A stretch of 63,840 nt of DNA, filler included, from Octopus bimaculoides (GCF_001194135.2; 4 parts of 3 records of this genome joined end to end with filler, not necessarily neighbours in it), one strand, 5' to 3'. Positions 1 through 12,771 are shown, numbered from the whole stretch's first letter. The notes: generated from the sequence alone by a model not told the origin. Translations and numbers: made by a program.

Positions 1-54
<54 letters not shown>

Positions 55-175
55 TACACATATATATATACATATACATATATATACTGTATTTTGAAAT
101 AATAGCATGAAATTCAATATCAAAAAAATTTTCTCACAAAGATATATATGTCTAAAATAGTATTGTATTAAAAAT

Positions 176-595
176 GTGGCTGTGTGGTAAGTAGCTTGCT
201 TACGAACCACATGGTTCCGGGTTCAGTCCAACTGCGTGGCACCTTGGATAAGTGTCTTCTACTATAGCCTCGGGCCGGCCAAAGCCTTGTGAACGGATTT
301 GGTAGACGGAAACTGAAAGAAGCTTGTCGTATATATGTATATATATATATGTGTGTGTGTGTGTGTTTGTGTGTATATGTTTGTGTGTCTGGGTTTTTCC
401 CCCCAATATCGCTTGACAACCGCTACTGGTGTGTTTATGTCACCGTAACTTAGCAGTTCGGCAAAACAGACCGATAGAATAAGTACTAGGCTTACAATGA
501 ATAAGTTCTGGGGTTGATTTGATCGACTAAAGGCGGTGCTCCAGCATGGCCGCAGTCAAAGGACTGAAACAAATAAAAGAGTAAAAGAGTAAATA
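176..595 (+). mobile_element. tRNA-derived composite SINE (family A)
   Basis: A-box TGGCTGTGTGG, B-box GGTTCAGTCC, internal (TA)/(TG)n tract, GTAAAAGA tandem tail. Further copies at ~1190-1530(+), 1560-1790(-), 3703-3862(-), 5440-5815(-), 14140-14430(+). Confidence 0.85.
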
Positions 596-733
596 TATGA
601 AACACGACAGCTCAAAAATTTGCTAATTAATGCATTAATTCTGGACAAAACTTTATATTGTTTTAAATGCAGGTAGATTTTCATTATTGTTAATTATATT
701 GCCATCATCTCATTCAAATCCAGCATAAGGATT

Positions 734-825
<92 letters not shown>

Positions 826-849
826 TATACGCGAAAAGCACTATTAAAG

Positions 850-1075
850 CACGGTCGATGCCAGCATCGCCTGTCTGGCCCTCATGCCGGTTGGCATGTA
901 AAAAGCACCCACAACACTTTTGGAGTGGTTGATGTTAGGAAGGGCATCCAGCTGTAGAAACCTTGCCAGATCAGATTGGAACCTGGAGCAGCCTTCTGGC
1001 TTGCCAGCCCTCAGTCAAACCATCCAACCCATGCCAGCATGGAAAGCAGGCGTTAAAATACAATGACGGCGATTA
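850..1075 (+). mobile_element. RTE-type 3' module fragment
   Basis: GTTAGGAAGGGCATCCAGCTGTAGAAACC...AACCCATGCCAGCATGG, shared with the RTE 3' ends in this window. A further minus-strand copy lies at ~5890-6290. Confidence 0.65.
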
Positions 1076-1879
1076 TTATTTGATTGAACACCACGCATCC
1101 ATTTCCAAGTAAGTTTACTTACTTACTTATTTACAAGAATGCATGTATGCATGCATGTATACAAACATACACACATGCGCACACACATGAGGCATGGCTG
1201 TATGGCTCAGATGTTTGCTTTGAAACCATGTGCTTTAGTGTATAGTCTTACTGTGCAGCATCTTGGATGTGTCTTCTACTATAGACCAGGGCTGACCAAT
1301 ATCTTCTGTGTGAATTAGCAAGATAGAAACCTATCATATATAAGTGTAAGTGTGTGTATGTGGGTGTGCCTTCGGGTTGGTGCTAGCACACCCCTTCTGC
1401 ATTACCACTTGACAACTGCTGTTGATTTGTTTACATTTGCATAACTTAGTACTTTGGCAAAAGGCACTGACAGAATAAAGATCAGACTGAATAATAAGTA
1501 ATGAGGTTAATTAGTTTGGCTAAACAATTGCTAGCAGTATTACCTCCCTTTACATCTGTATCTCTTTTACTCTTTTACTTGTTTCAGTCATTTGACTGTG
1601 GCCATGCTGGAGTACCGCCTTTAGTTGAGCAAATTGACCCCAGGACTTATTCTTTGTAAGTCTAGTACTTATTCTATCGGTCTCTTTTGCCGAATTGCTA
1701 AGTTATGGGGACGCAAACACACCAGCATCGGTTGCCAGGCGATGTTGGAAGGATAAACACAGACACGCAAACATATGCACACACATACATACATACATAT
1801 ATATATATATATATTTATGTGGAGAATGGAGCAACAAATACAAAAAGAAGCAATTCTGTTGGGCTAGTTAGCCATTGTT

Positions 1880-3660
1880 TTATTATGTGGAGGTTATATA
1901 ATGAGTCATTGTGGAGGTTATGTAATTAGTCATTTACGCACGTTTCAATCTGGCCAATGGTTTGGCAGATCTCTTCAGAATGTTGAGGAGTATGTTAAGA
2001 GTTCATGGTGTGAGAGATGTAGGAGGAGTGATTAGTGGATATATTAATGTATATGGTGGTATAATAATAGCGTTAGGTAAAGAAAGCCTTACGTTTTAGT
2101 TGAAGTTGTGCTGGTCTTCTTGTAAGGGGATGTAGGATGGGTGCTATTTAAGCTCATTATTCCGATTTTAATCGAATGCATCTCCACGTGATTTTATGAT
2201 TAAGGGATGCGTCGTATATTTATAGCACCGGCAGTGTTAGTACAGGGAAGCAACCCTAAATTTATGTGAAAAGGGGCTAACTCTGGTCTTATTCGTAATT
2301 AATTATAATTAATTATACTTAGAAGGAAAATTCTTTTATGCATATTTAGTTTTACTTAGGAAGTGTAATGTATTATATATTTAATTATACTTAGAGAATG
2401 AGTATTTAGTAGCGTGAAGACAGATTAGGCTAGATTCATATCTCCTGTTTAATAGGTCATTTTTAGCTGTTAGGATCTCGAGGCGCTCAGTTAAATAGAG
2501 TTGACAGCGTCTGTTAGTTGGGTTATAGGAATTAGCTACTTTTAGTATGTGCCACTTTAGTTTATATTCTATCTTATTGTCGTTTAGTTCCCAGATGTAC
2601 CTACTAAGTTCTGTTGAATTTGCCTTATTTCTATTTTTAAAGCTGGATAGGTGCTTATTATATCTAAGTCGTACTTGGTTTTTCGTCCCACCAATATAAG
2701 ATCTAGTGTGGCAGTTTGTTTGTACGTCACATTGGTAAACTATATTTTCGGTCTTGCATCTATTGGAGAAATTACATTTATTCCTATCTCTACAGCCACA
2801 TAGGTTGTAAGGGGGTGTCTATGTCTGTGTGTTGTTGTGTGGCCCTATTGTTTTTTTGGTGTGCGTCCCTCCTAGTGAGGGGTGTTGGATTAGGGTTGGA
2901 GTTAGTTCTATTATTTGGAGGGTTGTTGATTTGGTTGTTCGTGGTGTTTCTAGATGTATAGAATGCGTCTAATTTCTTATTATTAATAGATGCTATTATG
3001 GTAGCTAAGTTGCATGTCAGGCTGTGGCCTATTCTTATTTTGTTCTTAAATATTTCTGCGTATTTATTGTTTACATTGAGGTGTTTATTTATTATGTTCA
3101 TTAGTGAGCGGACTATGTTAGATTTGAGGTTCATGTTATAAGGAATGATTAGCCAGATCGTATCCTTATTGTTCTTGTTGCTNNNNNNNNNNNNNNNNNN
3201 NNNNNNNNNNNNNNNNNNNNNNNNNNNNNNNNNNNNNNNNNNNNNNNNNNNNNTAACTGGGAAGGCTGGTGAATTTTTCTTTACGGCTATCTAATTTATT
3301 TCTATAGTTAGGTTTATTTTTGATATGTGCCTTTTCATTTTTTTCCTTGTTAGTATTGTTAGGTATTTGTGGGCCCGATATATGGTTTCTTTTAGACTGC
3401 AGGGTCTCCCTGTTATTTATGCTAAACTTAATATTGGTTTTGTTCAGGTGGCTATTGTATTTCTGCTTCGTCTTGTTATTAGCCTTAATTGTCCTATTAA
3501 TATTGTTGGTATTGGTGTTTACACTGTTGTTGGTATTTTTGGTGTTATGTGGTTTGGCTTTTGGACCTTTTGTATTTCTATTACATGTGTTATGTTTATC
3601 TGTGTCATTCATATCGTTAGTGTGGTTTGCAGCGGTGTTTGGTGTGTTAATAGTGTATAT
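1880..3660 (-). mobile_element. Penelope-like retroelement, 3' part (RT thumb, Cys linker, GIY-YIG endonuclease, 3' UTR with hammerhead)
   Basis: Minus-strand translation gives TIWLIIPYNMNLKSNIVRSLMNIINKHL (PLE thumb region). A second frame is open from 2818 to 2381: CGCRDRNKCNFSNRCKTENIVYQC...SYIGGTKNQVRLRYNKHLSSF...STELSRYIWEL...CQLYLTERLEIL...LLNRRYE..ICLH. Confidence 0.9.
1931..1982 (-). ncRNA. Minimal type I hammerhead ribozyme
   Basis: Minus strand reads CATT-CTGAAGA-GATCTGCCAAACCATTGGCCAGATT-GAAA-C-GTGC-GTA-AATG. Complete core, 10-bp stem II with one bulge, short stem III, GUA cleavage triplet, stem I CATT/AATG. Confidence 0.85.
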
Positions 3661-4045
3661 ATATATATATACATACACACACACACATATATATATATAT
3701 ATATGCGACGGGCTTCTTTCAGTTTCCGTCTACCAAATCCACTCACATGGCTTTGGTCGGCCTGAGGCTATAGTAGAAGACACTTGCTCAAGGTGCCATG
3801 CAGTGGGACTGAACCCAGAACCATGTGGTTGGTAAGCAAGCTACTTACCACACAGCCTACCTAGTCTCATTCAATATGGAGACTGATTACCAACATTTTG
3901 AACTGGAATAATTGAAAGATTGCAGAACCTCTCACATGAAACTATTGGTAGTGTTGTTAATCCATAAATAAAGAATATATTTGTCCATCAATTGTGGTAT
4001 TGAGCACTCATACTCACTGTATGTTTTTATATATCCATATGTATA

Positions 4046-5418
4046 AGAGGAGGTACCCAAAAGAAACCGGAATTTTGCAATATTATTTTATTCACTTAGT
4101 TTTACATGATTACACATTTATCGCTTTCAAAGTATTCTCCATTTAAAGCAATGCTCCAGTCCAGAAGTGTTTTCCACTGTTTGAAGTAGTCCTGGAACTC
4201 TTGTGAAATGATGCCTTTTAATGCCTCTGTTGTTTTTTCTTCACCTCTTCCACATCTGCAAAACGTTTGCCTTTAAAGGACTTTTTATATTCAGGGGAGC
4301 AAAAACAAGTTGCAGGAAGCAAGATCAGGTGAAAAGGGAGGTTGGGTAAGTGGGGTCATGCCATTTTTGGTCAAAAACTGTTTCACACTCAAGGCAGTGT
4401 GCAGGGGTGAATTATTGTGATGAAACCACCACTCTCCACTTTGTCACTGGCAGGGATGTTTTCATCTTACCATGTCTTGCAAACGCTTCAGAACTGCCNN
4501 NNNNNNNNNNNNNNNNNNNNNNNNNNNNNNNNNNNNNNNNNNNNNNNNNNNNNNNNNNNNNNNNNNNNNNNNNNNNNNNNNNNNNNNNNNNNNNNNNNNN
4601 NNNNATCTGTGTGGACAATTCCTTTCACATCGATAAAACAAATCAGCATTGTCTTGACATTGGACTTCACTTGATGCATTTTTTGGGGGGGAGGGGTGAC
4701 ATTGAATGCTTCCATTGACTTGATTGCTGCTTTGTTTCTGGGTTGTAGCCATAGCACCAGCTTTCATCACCAGTGATGATCTTCGAAAAAAGATTCCGAT
4801 CAACTTCCAAGTGTTCTTTCAGTTCATGACATGCATTTAGTTGTGATTACTTTTGACCTTCCATTAGCAAGTGAGGTACAAATTTTGCTGTAACTCTTTT
4901 CATTTGCAATTCCTTGCTCAAAATTCATTGGCAGGAACTCCAGGACACACCAGTCACATGAACAAGTTTGTCAATTGTTCAGCTGACAGTCCTCCAAGAT
5001 CAGTTCATGAATTTTCATGATATTTTCGTTTGTTTGGGAGGTTACAGTTGCCCTAAACAAAGTTGGTCCTCAAGCGACAAGTGATCATTCCTAAAATGTG
5101 AAAACCACTTGTAAACTTCTGTTTTGCGCATGGCAGCATCCTTATAAGCTGCTTAAAGCATGACAACTATTTTGGCTGCCGTTTTCCCCCAGCAGAAAAC
5201 AGATAGGGAGCATGTCTCTTCCTTTCAGTCATCACAAAAATCGACAAACAGGGTAGAAGCACTGTCAAACAAAGATGCACCCTGTGGTAATATGACCTCA
5301 ATAGATGCCACAGGTTGGCAGATTGATGCCTGAAGGTTGGTTGCATCAAGAGGCTTCTAGCAGTGGAAGCCCGATCTACCACAGAGAACGTTTCCGGTTA
5401 CTTTTAGGCACCCCCTCG
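4046..5418 (-). mobile_element. Mariner DNA transposon, near full length, decayed, contains a gap
   Basis: TIRs AGAGGAGGTACCCAAAAGAAACCGGAA at the left end and TTCCGGTTACTTTTAGGCACCCCCTCG at the right end, both flanked by TA. Transposase remnants include VKSNVKTMLICFIDVKGIVH. Confidence 0.88.
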
Positions 5419-6295
5419 TATATCTATTTTATATGTCTATCTTTTGTTTCAGTCGTTGGACTATGGCCATGCTGGGACATAACCATGAAAGATTTAGTCA
5501 AATGAATAAAACCCAGTAATTATTTTAAAGTCCAGTACTTATCCTATTGGTCTTTTTGCCTGATTTACTAAGTCATGGGGATATAAACAAACCACACCAG
5601 TTGTCAAGTCGTGGTAGGAGATAAATGTAACATAAAGACACACACACACACACAAGGTGGAAACCCACTTCAGTTTCTGTTGACCACATCTACTCACGAA
5701 GCTTTGGTTATCCCAGAGCTATAGGAGAAACACTTGCTCAAGATACTGTGCAATGGAGCTGAACCCAAGACGACATGGTTGGGAAGTAAGTGTCTCAACC
5801 ACAGAGCCATGCCTGCCTATTCATATATAAATAGGCACATATATATAATATATATATAATGCTCATATATACAACACACATATATATTATATGTCATCAT
5901 CATCATTGTTTAAGGTCCATTTTCCTTGCTGGCACAGACTGCATGCTTTGACAGGGCCATAAAAATAAAAGGACTGTGCCAAGCTGTAATGGTTTCTATG
6001 GCTATGTCTTTCCTAATGCCAACAGCTTCACAGTGTGTACTGGGTACTTTATATGTGATATTGGCACTAGTGAGGTCACAAAGTAACTTATAAGACAAGA
6101 GTGTTCAACTGATGGGTGTGTAGTACTGAAGGAGGTGGCTTCATGTCAAGTGATATGTCAAATTATGATAGAGGGACAGAAAGCAGTAGAGAGGAGATAT
6201 GACGACTCCAGTTGGAAAAAGAAAGAAGATGACGATGAAGAGGTGTTAGGGTATACCCTCAAGTTACAGGAAGGTGAATATCAGAGGGGTAGGTA

Positions 6296-7566
6296 TGAGG
6301 GGATGTTTATTAAAGATTTCCCCTGACCCACTTCCAGTTATTGCAAGAAACAGAACTTGTACAGCTATAATCATACATGTCACATTGTAAATTGCAGCTT
6401 TCCACTAGTATTTGTTTGTCTTTTATGGCTGCTGAAGTGAACTAAGGTGTTATAATGGAGGTAGTTGAATGCAGATCAGTGATCAGGTTTTATACTTGAA
6501 AGGTTGTACACCAAAAGAGACTTTCGATGAGATGAAAGTTTATGGTGATGATGCACCATCATATGATGTAGTCAAGCACTGACATTACTAGTTCAAATGT
6601 GGTTGGACAGCAGTGGTAACTTTTCCTATTCCTGGATGACCACATTCTGCCATTGATGACAACACCATTCAAAAAGTGGAAGCCACCATTTTGGAGGATC
6701 ATCACATAAATATTTGCAACTAGCCCAAGAAGTGAAGATAAGTACAGGGTCCATGGAAAAAAATCATCCATGACCATTTGCATATGTGGAAGTCTGTATG
6801 ATGGATTCCCTGGATGCTCACACCTTTTCAGAAGCAGGACCGAATCAATTGCTCCCAGATGCTTTTGTCAATGTGCCAAGAAAACGAGGACTTTTTTGGC
6901 AGACTTATCACACAAGATGAGACATGGGTCCATCACCATGATCCTGAGACTAAAGTCCAGTCAAAGCAATAGAAGCAGGATAAGTCACCACCTCCAAAGA
7001 AGACTTGTGTCCAACCCTCAATAAGCAAGATGATGCTCACAGTCTTTGGGACCAGCGTGGAGTAGTAATGATGGATTATCTGGTAAAGAGTACCACAATT
7101 AATGGGACATATGCTTTTCTGCTGCAGAAATTGCAGGATGCCATCAAAGCAGAGAGGCGTGGCATACTGACCAAAGGAGCCAGCCTTCTCCAAGACAACA
7201 CCCCAGTTCACAATGCATATGTTGCCCAGATCAAAGCACACACCTGTGGCTATGAAATCCTTCCACATCCCCCTTAATCTCCTGACCTCACACTATCTGA
7301 CTTCCACCTCTTTCCAACCATGAAGCCTTTTTTGAAGGGGAAGCGCTTTTCAGATGATGATGAACTTATTTCCGAGGTAAAGCCTTGGCTCCTGACACAA
7401 CCTACCGACTTCTACAGATGAGGTCTTGACAGCTGCATAAAGCAATGTGAGAAGTGTGTCACCTTTGGTGGTGGCTATGCAGAGGAGGACTAATAATTGT
7501 GTCAAATTTTGTTTATCTCAGTCCTTGAAAAGTGGGTCAGGGGAAATCTTTAATGAACACCCCTTG
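6296..7566 (+). mobile_element. Mariner (DD34D) DNA transposon, full length, inactivated
   Basis: TIRs sharing TTAAAGATTTCCCCTGACCCACTT at both ends, TA flanks. DETWVHHHDPETK and QDNTPVH...SPDLTLSDFHLF give 34-residue D-D spacing. Stops and frameshifts present. Confidence 0.92.
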
Positions 7567-8369
7567 TAAGTTTGCAAGAATATGAAAAGAGAGTGGCAGA
7601 TAAGGTTGAACTTCAGAAGTTGAGATGCATACTTGCAGCAGTATGATGTAACTAGTTTAATGAATCATCAGAAAGCAGATTGTTGGCATTTCAATAATTT
7701 CATTACAATAATTTCAGTGGTCGATATTCAATAATCAATAATTAGTACATATTATCTCAATAATACGGTTTATAGTAGGAATTTTACTCACACATCAACA
7801 TGAATCAACTAATGGCAGGAAGATAAAATGAAGTTATATAACAAAAACGCATGAAACTAAAGATATAAACAACTGTCCAAAAGAATGTATCACCATTTAA
7901 GCTATGAGAGAGCTCAAGAAGTGAAAGTGACGTACATGAGATAGGTCATAGGAATAAACTCTGGATTAAACAAAAAATAAAAAAGGTTAAACCAATAAAG
8001 GACAAAAAATAAGCAGCACAGAACATATAAAGGGCTGTAAAACAAAAAAATTAAAATACGTGTGCATTGTGCATAGGGGAGATCAGAGAACAGGTCAGAA
8101 GTATAACTAGTTATAGTGTCGCTTCATCAATAAGGTTGTATGGAGCTGAAGGACATGACATCCAAAACAACTACATACACACACATGACATATAAACACA
8201 CACACACACAAATACATATACACATATGCATATGGAAACAAAAAACCAAATAATAATTCAAATAATAATGCAATAATACCAAATTGCTAGCAACAACAAT
8301 AATGCTAATATGACTAATTTCCAGATGCTGAAAACATTCCTCCTCAACCTCTTTTCTAATCTTCCCATG

Positions 8370-9650
8370 TCCACAAACTAAGAGCTGCCACAATCAATGT
8401 TGGCACAACGAAAGGTAGGTCTGGTGAGATTGTTGAAATACTTGAGTGGAGGCACGTAGATGTGTGCTGTGTGCAAGAAGTACAATGGAGGGGAGCCTCA
8501 GCTTGACTGCTTACAGGCAAGAGTCATAGATACAAGAGCCTTAAGATTAACTTAACAAAGACTAAGGTTTTAGAAAGTAAGGAAACACACAAAACATTAC
8601 CTTCATCAGGTAAATGGCCCTGCTTGATATGTAGGAAAGGTGTAGGCAGGAACTCCATATGGTGTACCCAGTGTACGCTAACAGAATGTGTTTGTTTGTG
8701 GAAGATGCACAGGAACCATAAAAGCTACAAATATTCAGGCAATAGATTCTCTCAAATGCCCCAAGAAGCTCTCTAGAGGTAGTGTACAATTTCTGTTAAC
8801 TAAGGGACCAAATTAGTAGTGGGAGGTGGATGTATGGAAAGTATAATTGCTAGAATAAGAATATGATGGAGAAAATTCAGAGCTTTTACCTCTGCTGGCA
8901 ACCAAAGGTCTCTCTCTGTGAGTGAAAGAAAGATTGTATGATGCATGTATAAGAAAAGCAATACTAAATGGTAATGAGGTGTTGGCCCCGAGCTCAGAAG
9001 ACATGCAAAGACTAGAGAGGACTTAAGGTAGTATGCAGTACATGTACAACAGAGTGCTAGAGTACTGAGTGAAAAGTTAGGTACAAGAAGAATTAGATGT
9101 AGTATGTAAGAAAGAAGACTGTGATGAGAATGGATGTAGACAGCTGTATAAAGAAGTGCCAATCACTTAAAGTGGATGGAACTAGTAGAAGATTGAGACC
9201 CAGGAAGACATGGGACAAAGTACCGAAGGCTGATATCAGGACACTGAGCCTTACGAAGGAGATGACAAAGGACCAAGATATTTGGTGCCTTGCTGTACTC
9301 AAGAAGACCCACCTACCACAGCAGAATTATTAATGCTCCCCTCCCAGCTGAAGAAATTTTTGCTTTGAAAAGCCCTCATGCTGGTTCACATAAAAAGCAC
9401 CTATGCTGGTCCATATAAAAAGCACCTGTATCAGTCCAAGTAAAAGAGAACCATGTGGGTCAACATAAAAAGCACCCATGCTGGTGCTACATAAAAAGCA
9501 TCTAGCACACCCTGTAAAGTGGTTGGTGTTAGGAAGCGCATCCAGCTCTCCAACTTGTCAGCTTTAATCAAACCATCAAACCCATGCCAACATGGGTTTG
9601 GTGGTCTGATTAAATTATGATGATGATGATGATGATGATGATAATGGTTT
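8370..9650 (+). mobile_element. RTE-clade LINE derivative, internally deleted
   Basis: APE start (LRAATINVGTTKGRSGEIVEILEWRHVDVCCVQEV) is joined to the post-RT region (KINLTKTKVL...PCLICRKGVGRNSIWCTQC...RPRKTW). 3' UTR ends in a (TGA)n tail. Confidence 0.8.
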
Positions 9651-10965
9651 CACATTTTGACACAAGGGCAGCAATTTTAGGATAGTTTATTACATTGACA
9701 ATAGCACTTGACTGGTACTTTATTTTATCAACACCAAAGCAATGAAAGGCAAAATCAACTTCGGTGGGATTTGAACTCAGAAAGTAAAGGGATAGAAGAA
9801 ATAATGCTAAACATTCTGTCCAATGCGCTAACAATTCTACCAACTCATCTCCTTAATAATTGTAATAATTAACAACTGTAATAATATTAAAAATAATGGT
9901 AGTGATAATTCTAATTTTGGCACAAGACCAACAATTTTGAAGGGAGGGGTATGTTGATTACATTGATGCCAGTACTCAACTGGCACTTATTTTATCAACT
10001 CTGAAAGGATGAAAGGCAAAGCTGACTTTGGCAAGACTTGAATTCAAAACATAAAGCCAGAAGAAATGCTGCTAATTATTTTGTCTGGTGTGCTGACAAT
10101 TCTGCCAGCTTATAGCCTTAATAATAATCATAATAATAATAATGATGGACTCTCCCATCAAAGACAACACATGAATGTTCAGCTTTTACTGAACGACCAG
10201 CACAAATGATTTGTTTATAGTGATCAAATGCATGTATTGTACATTAGCTCACTCTCTCAATCAAATCAATGTTGTCTGAACATGTACATGGTATTCTACA
10301 TGTCAAGTGCCAAAGTGATCAATGTGAAATGAAGTGATTTGGTCAAGAATACAACAAACCACCTGGTCTAGGAATTGAAACCAAGAGTGAGTGCAACACC
10401 CTAACCACTAGGCCATGATAATATTAATAATAATAATGGCTTCAAATTTTTGCCACAAGGGCAGGTTGGGGGAGGGAATTAAGTGACTTACATTGACCCC
10501 ATTGCGTAACTGATATTCATTTAATTGAGCCCGAAAGGATGAAAGGCAAAGTTGACCTCGGCGGAATTTGAACTCAGAACATAGTAGCAGACGAAATGCT
10601 GCTAAGCATTTTGCCTGACATGCTAAAGGTTCTGCTAGCTCACTGCCTTAATAATAATAATAATAATCCTTTCTACTGTAGGAACAAGTCCTGAAATTAG
10701 TGGGGAAAGGGCAAGTTGATTTCATCAACCTTAATACTTGACCGGTACTTATTTTATTGACCCTGAAAGGATCTGCCTTTAATAACAATTCTAAGTTTTT
10801 GTACAGAGCCAGCATTTTAATTGCTCAACTGGTACCTATTTTATTAATCCCCAAAGGATGAAAGCCAAAGTCAACCTTGGTGGAATCTGAACTCAGAATA
10901 TAAAACCAGAAGAAATGTTGCTAGGTATTTAGTCTGGTATGCTAACGATTCTGGTCATCACCTAA
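9640..10965 (-). mobile_element. Head-to-tail cluster of about five (ATT)n-tailed tRNA-derived SINEs (family B)
   Basis: Repeated GAAAGGCAAAGTCGACCTCGGCGGAATTTGAACTCAG units (B-box GAGTTCAAATTCC on minus) separated by (AAT)n. Other copies at ~18765-18975, 20250-20450, 22030-22530, 25545-25900, 37750-38020, 50790-50985 and 60830-61080. Confidence 0.85.
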
Positions 10966-11619
10966 ATAATAATGATGATGATGATAATACTAATGATAAA
11001 CTAATGAAAAAAACAAGAATAGTTATAATAATCACAAGCAAATTAACAAAAAAATAAAAGTAATAATGATAACAACAACAAAAGTATCAAGTGCAAAACG
11101 TCAATAAAACAAAAAAGAGAATATGCAAAATAGAGATAAGTGGATTGGTATGTGGTTATATATAATATAGTTAATCATGATGATTTAAGAATTGGGTATT
11201 ACTTAAAAAATTGTTATGGACAGAAAGACAGAAGTGTACTAGAAAATAGTACCTATTCATAAAGATTACTTATTAACATACTCTCTCATCAAAATCTACT
11301 GAAAGAGACAGAAATCATATTAAGAAGAGAAGTTATTAATAAGCATTTTAATCAATATCTACAACTAACGATCAATTCATTCTGCTTATTAAGTAGGTGT
11401 TGGCTATTAGTTGTATCAATGGTCGATAACATATTCTACAGCCACATCCAACCCCATAATAGAGAGGTCAGAATCGACAATGGACCCACTGAAGTATAAA
11501 TTTCACCCTTTTTAACTTTGGTTGCAGAACCTATCAGGTTGAGTAAAAGGTAAGCAATGTTTTGAACTATGAAGAATTTGTACCGGATTTTTGCATTAAA
11601 ACTTTTTTTTCTGTAACCA

Positions 11620-12297
11620 GACCGATCCATTTCTCAATTGTATTGTAACTTGTGATGAAAAGTGGATTTTATACAATAATAAAAAACATTCTTCGCAGTG
11701 GTTAGATCAAAATGAAGCACCGAAAACCTTCCCTAAACCCAATCTCTTTAAAAAGAAGATTATGGTGACTGTTTGGCAGTGTACTGTTGGACTCATCCAC
11801 TATAACTTAAAACCTGGAAAAACTATTACTGCAGAAACATATTGCCATGAAATTACCAAAATGAATGAAAATCTGCTACTCCACCATCCCAGACTGGTCA
11901 ACAGAAGAGGGTCAATCATTTTTCATGACAATGCTCGACCACATGTTTCACTAATGACGATCCAGAAGTTGAGGGAACTTGGCTATGAAGTTCTTTCCCA
12001 CCAAGCTTATTCTCCAGACCTTTCTCCTACTGACTACCACTTTTTCAAGTACCTTGATGGTTTCCTGTGAGAGCAGGAGTTAAAAAATCAAACTGATGTT
12101 GAAAGTGTGTTCGAAGAGTTTATCAGCTCCAGAACTCCAGATTTTTATGTTAACAGAATAAACAAACTTGAAACTCATTGGCAAAAATGTGTTGATTGTA
12201 ATGGTGCTTACTTTGACGAATAAAATTTCTGCATTGTTGAAATATATTGTGATGAATTTCAAGTTTCAAAACGTTGCTTACTTTTTACTAATATATA
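11620..12297 (+). mobile_element. Mariner (DD34D) transposase 3' half
   Basis: IVTCDEKWILYNN, HDNARPH...YSPDLSPTDYHFF, HWQKCVDCNGAYFDE. Confidence 0.88.
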
Positions 12298-12771
12298 ATG
12301 TTTTAAAGTGTCATGAGTTTCTACAGTGCATTTATAAACCACATTTTTCATCACACATGTGAGTATAACATATAGCCTATCACTGTTGGTAATGCATCAG
12401 CCCTGGACACACCACCACTAACTTAGGAAATGATTTTCCTATTCCTAGTTCGTAGAGAAGGTATAATCTCACTAAGTCTGTTACTTGCACAGGGTCTGAA
12501 AAATCCATGGTAATAGCAAAATGAATCTTATTCAAGGATTTTTCTGTCCACAATCCATCCTGGAAGAAAATTCAGATATTTCTAGTAGTATCTAAAGCAT
12601 CTATTTTCACCTAAAAGATCGTAGTAATTTTTCAAGAGAAAAAATGAGAAAGACATGACTTTATTTAAAAGGATGGAAGAGATAAATGAGTAATAGTTAT
12701 CAATATCAAACATGATATTTCTTTTATCTAACTTAATAAAACAACTAATGACATCACCAGAGTTGTCTTAG

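Noticed and set aside
9370-9510. Regularly spaced ~30-bp repeats superficially like a CRISPR array
   Set aside because: Eukaryotic context, no unique spacers, and part of an RTE 3' UTR.
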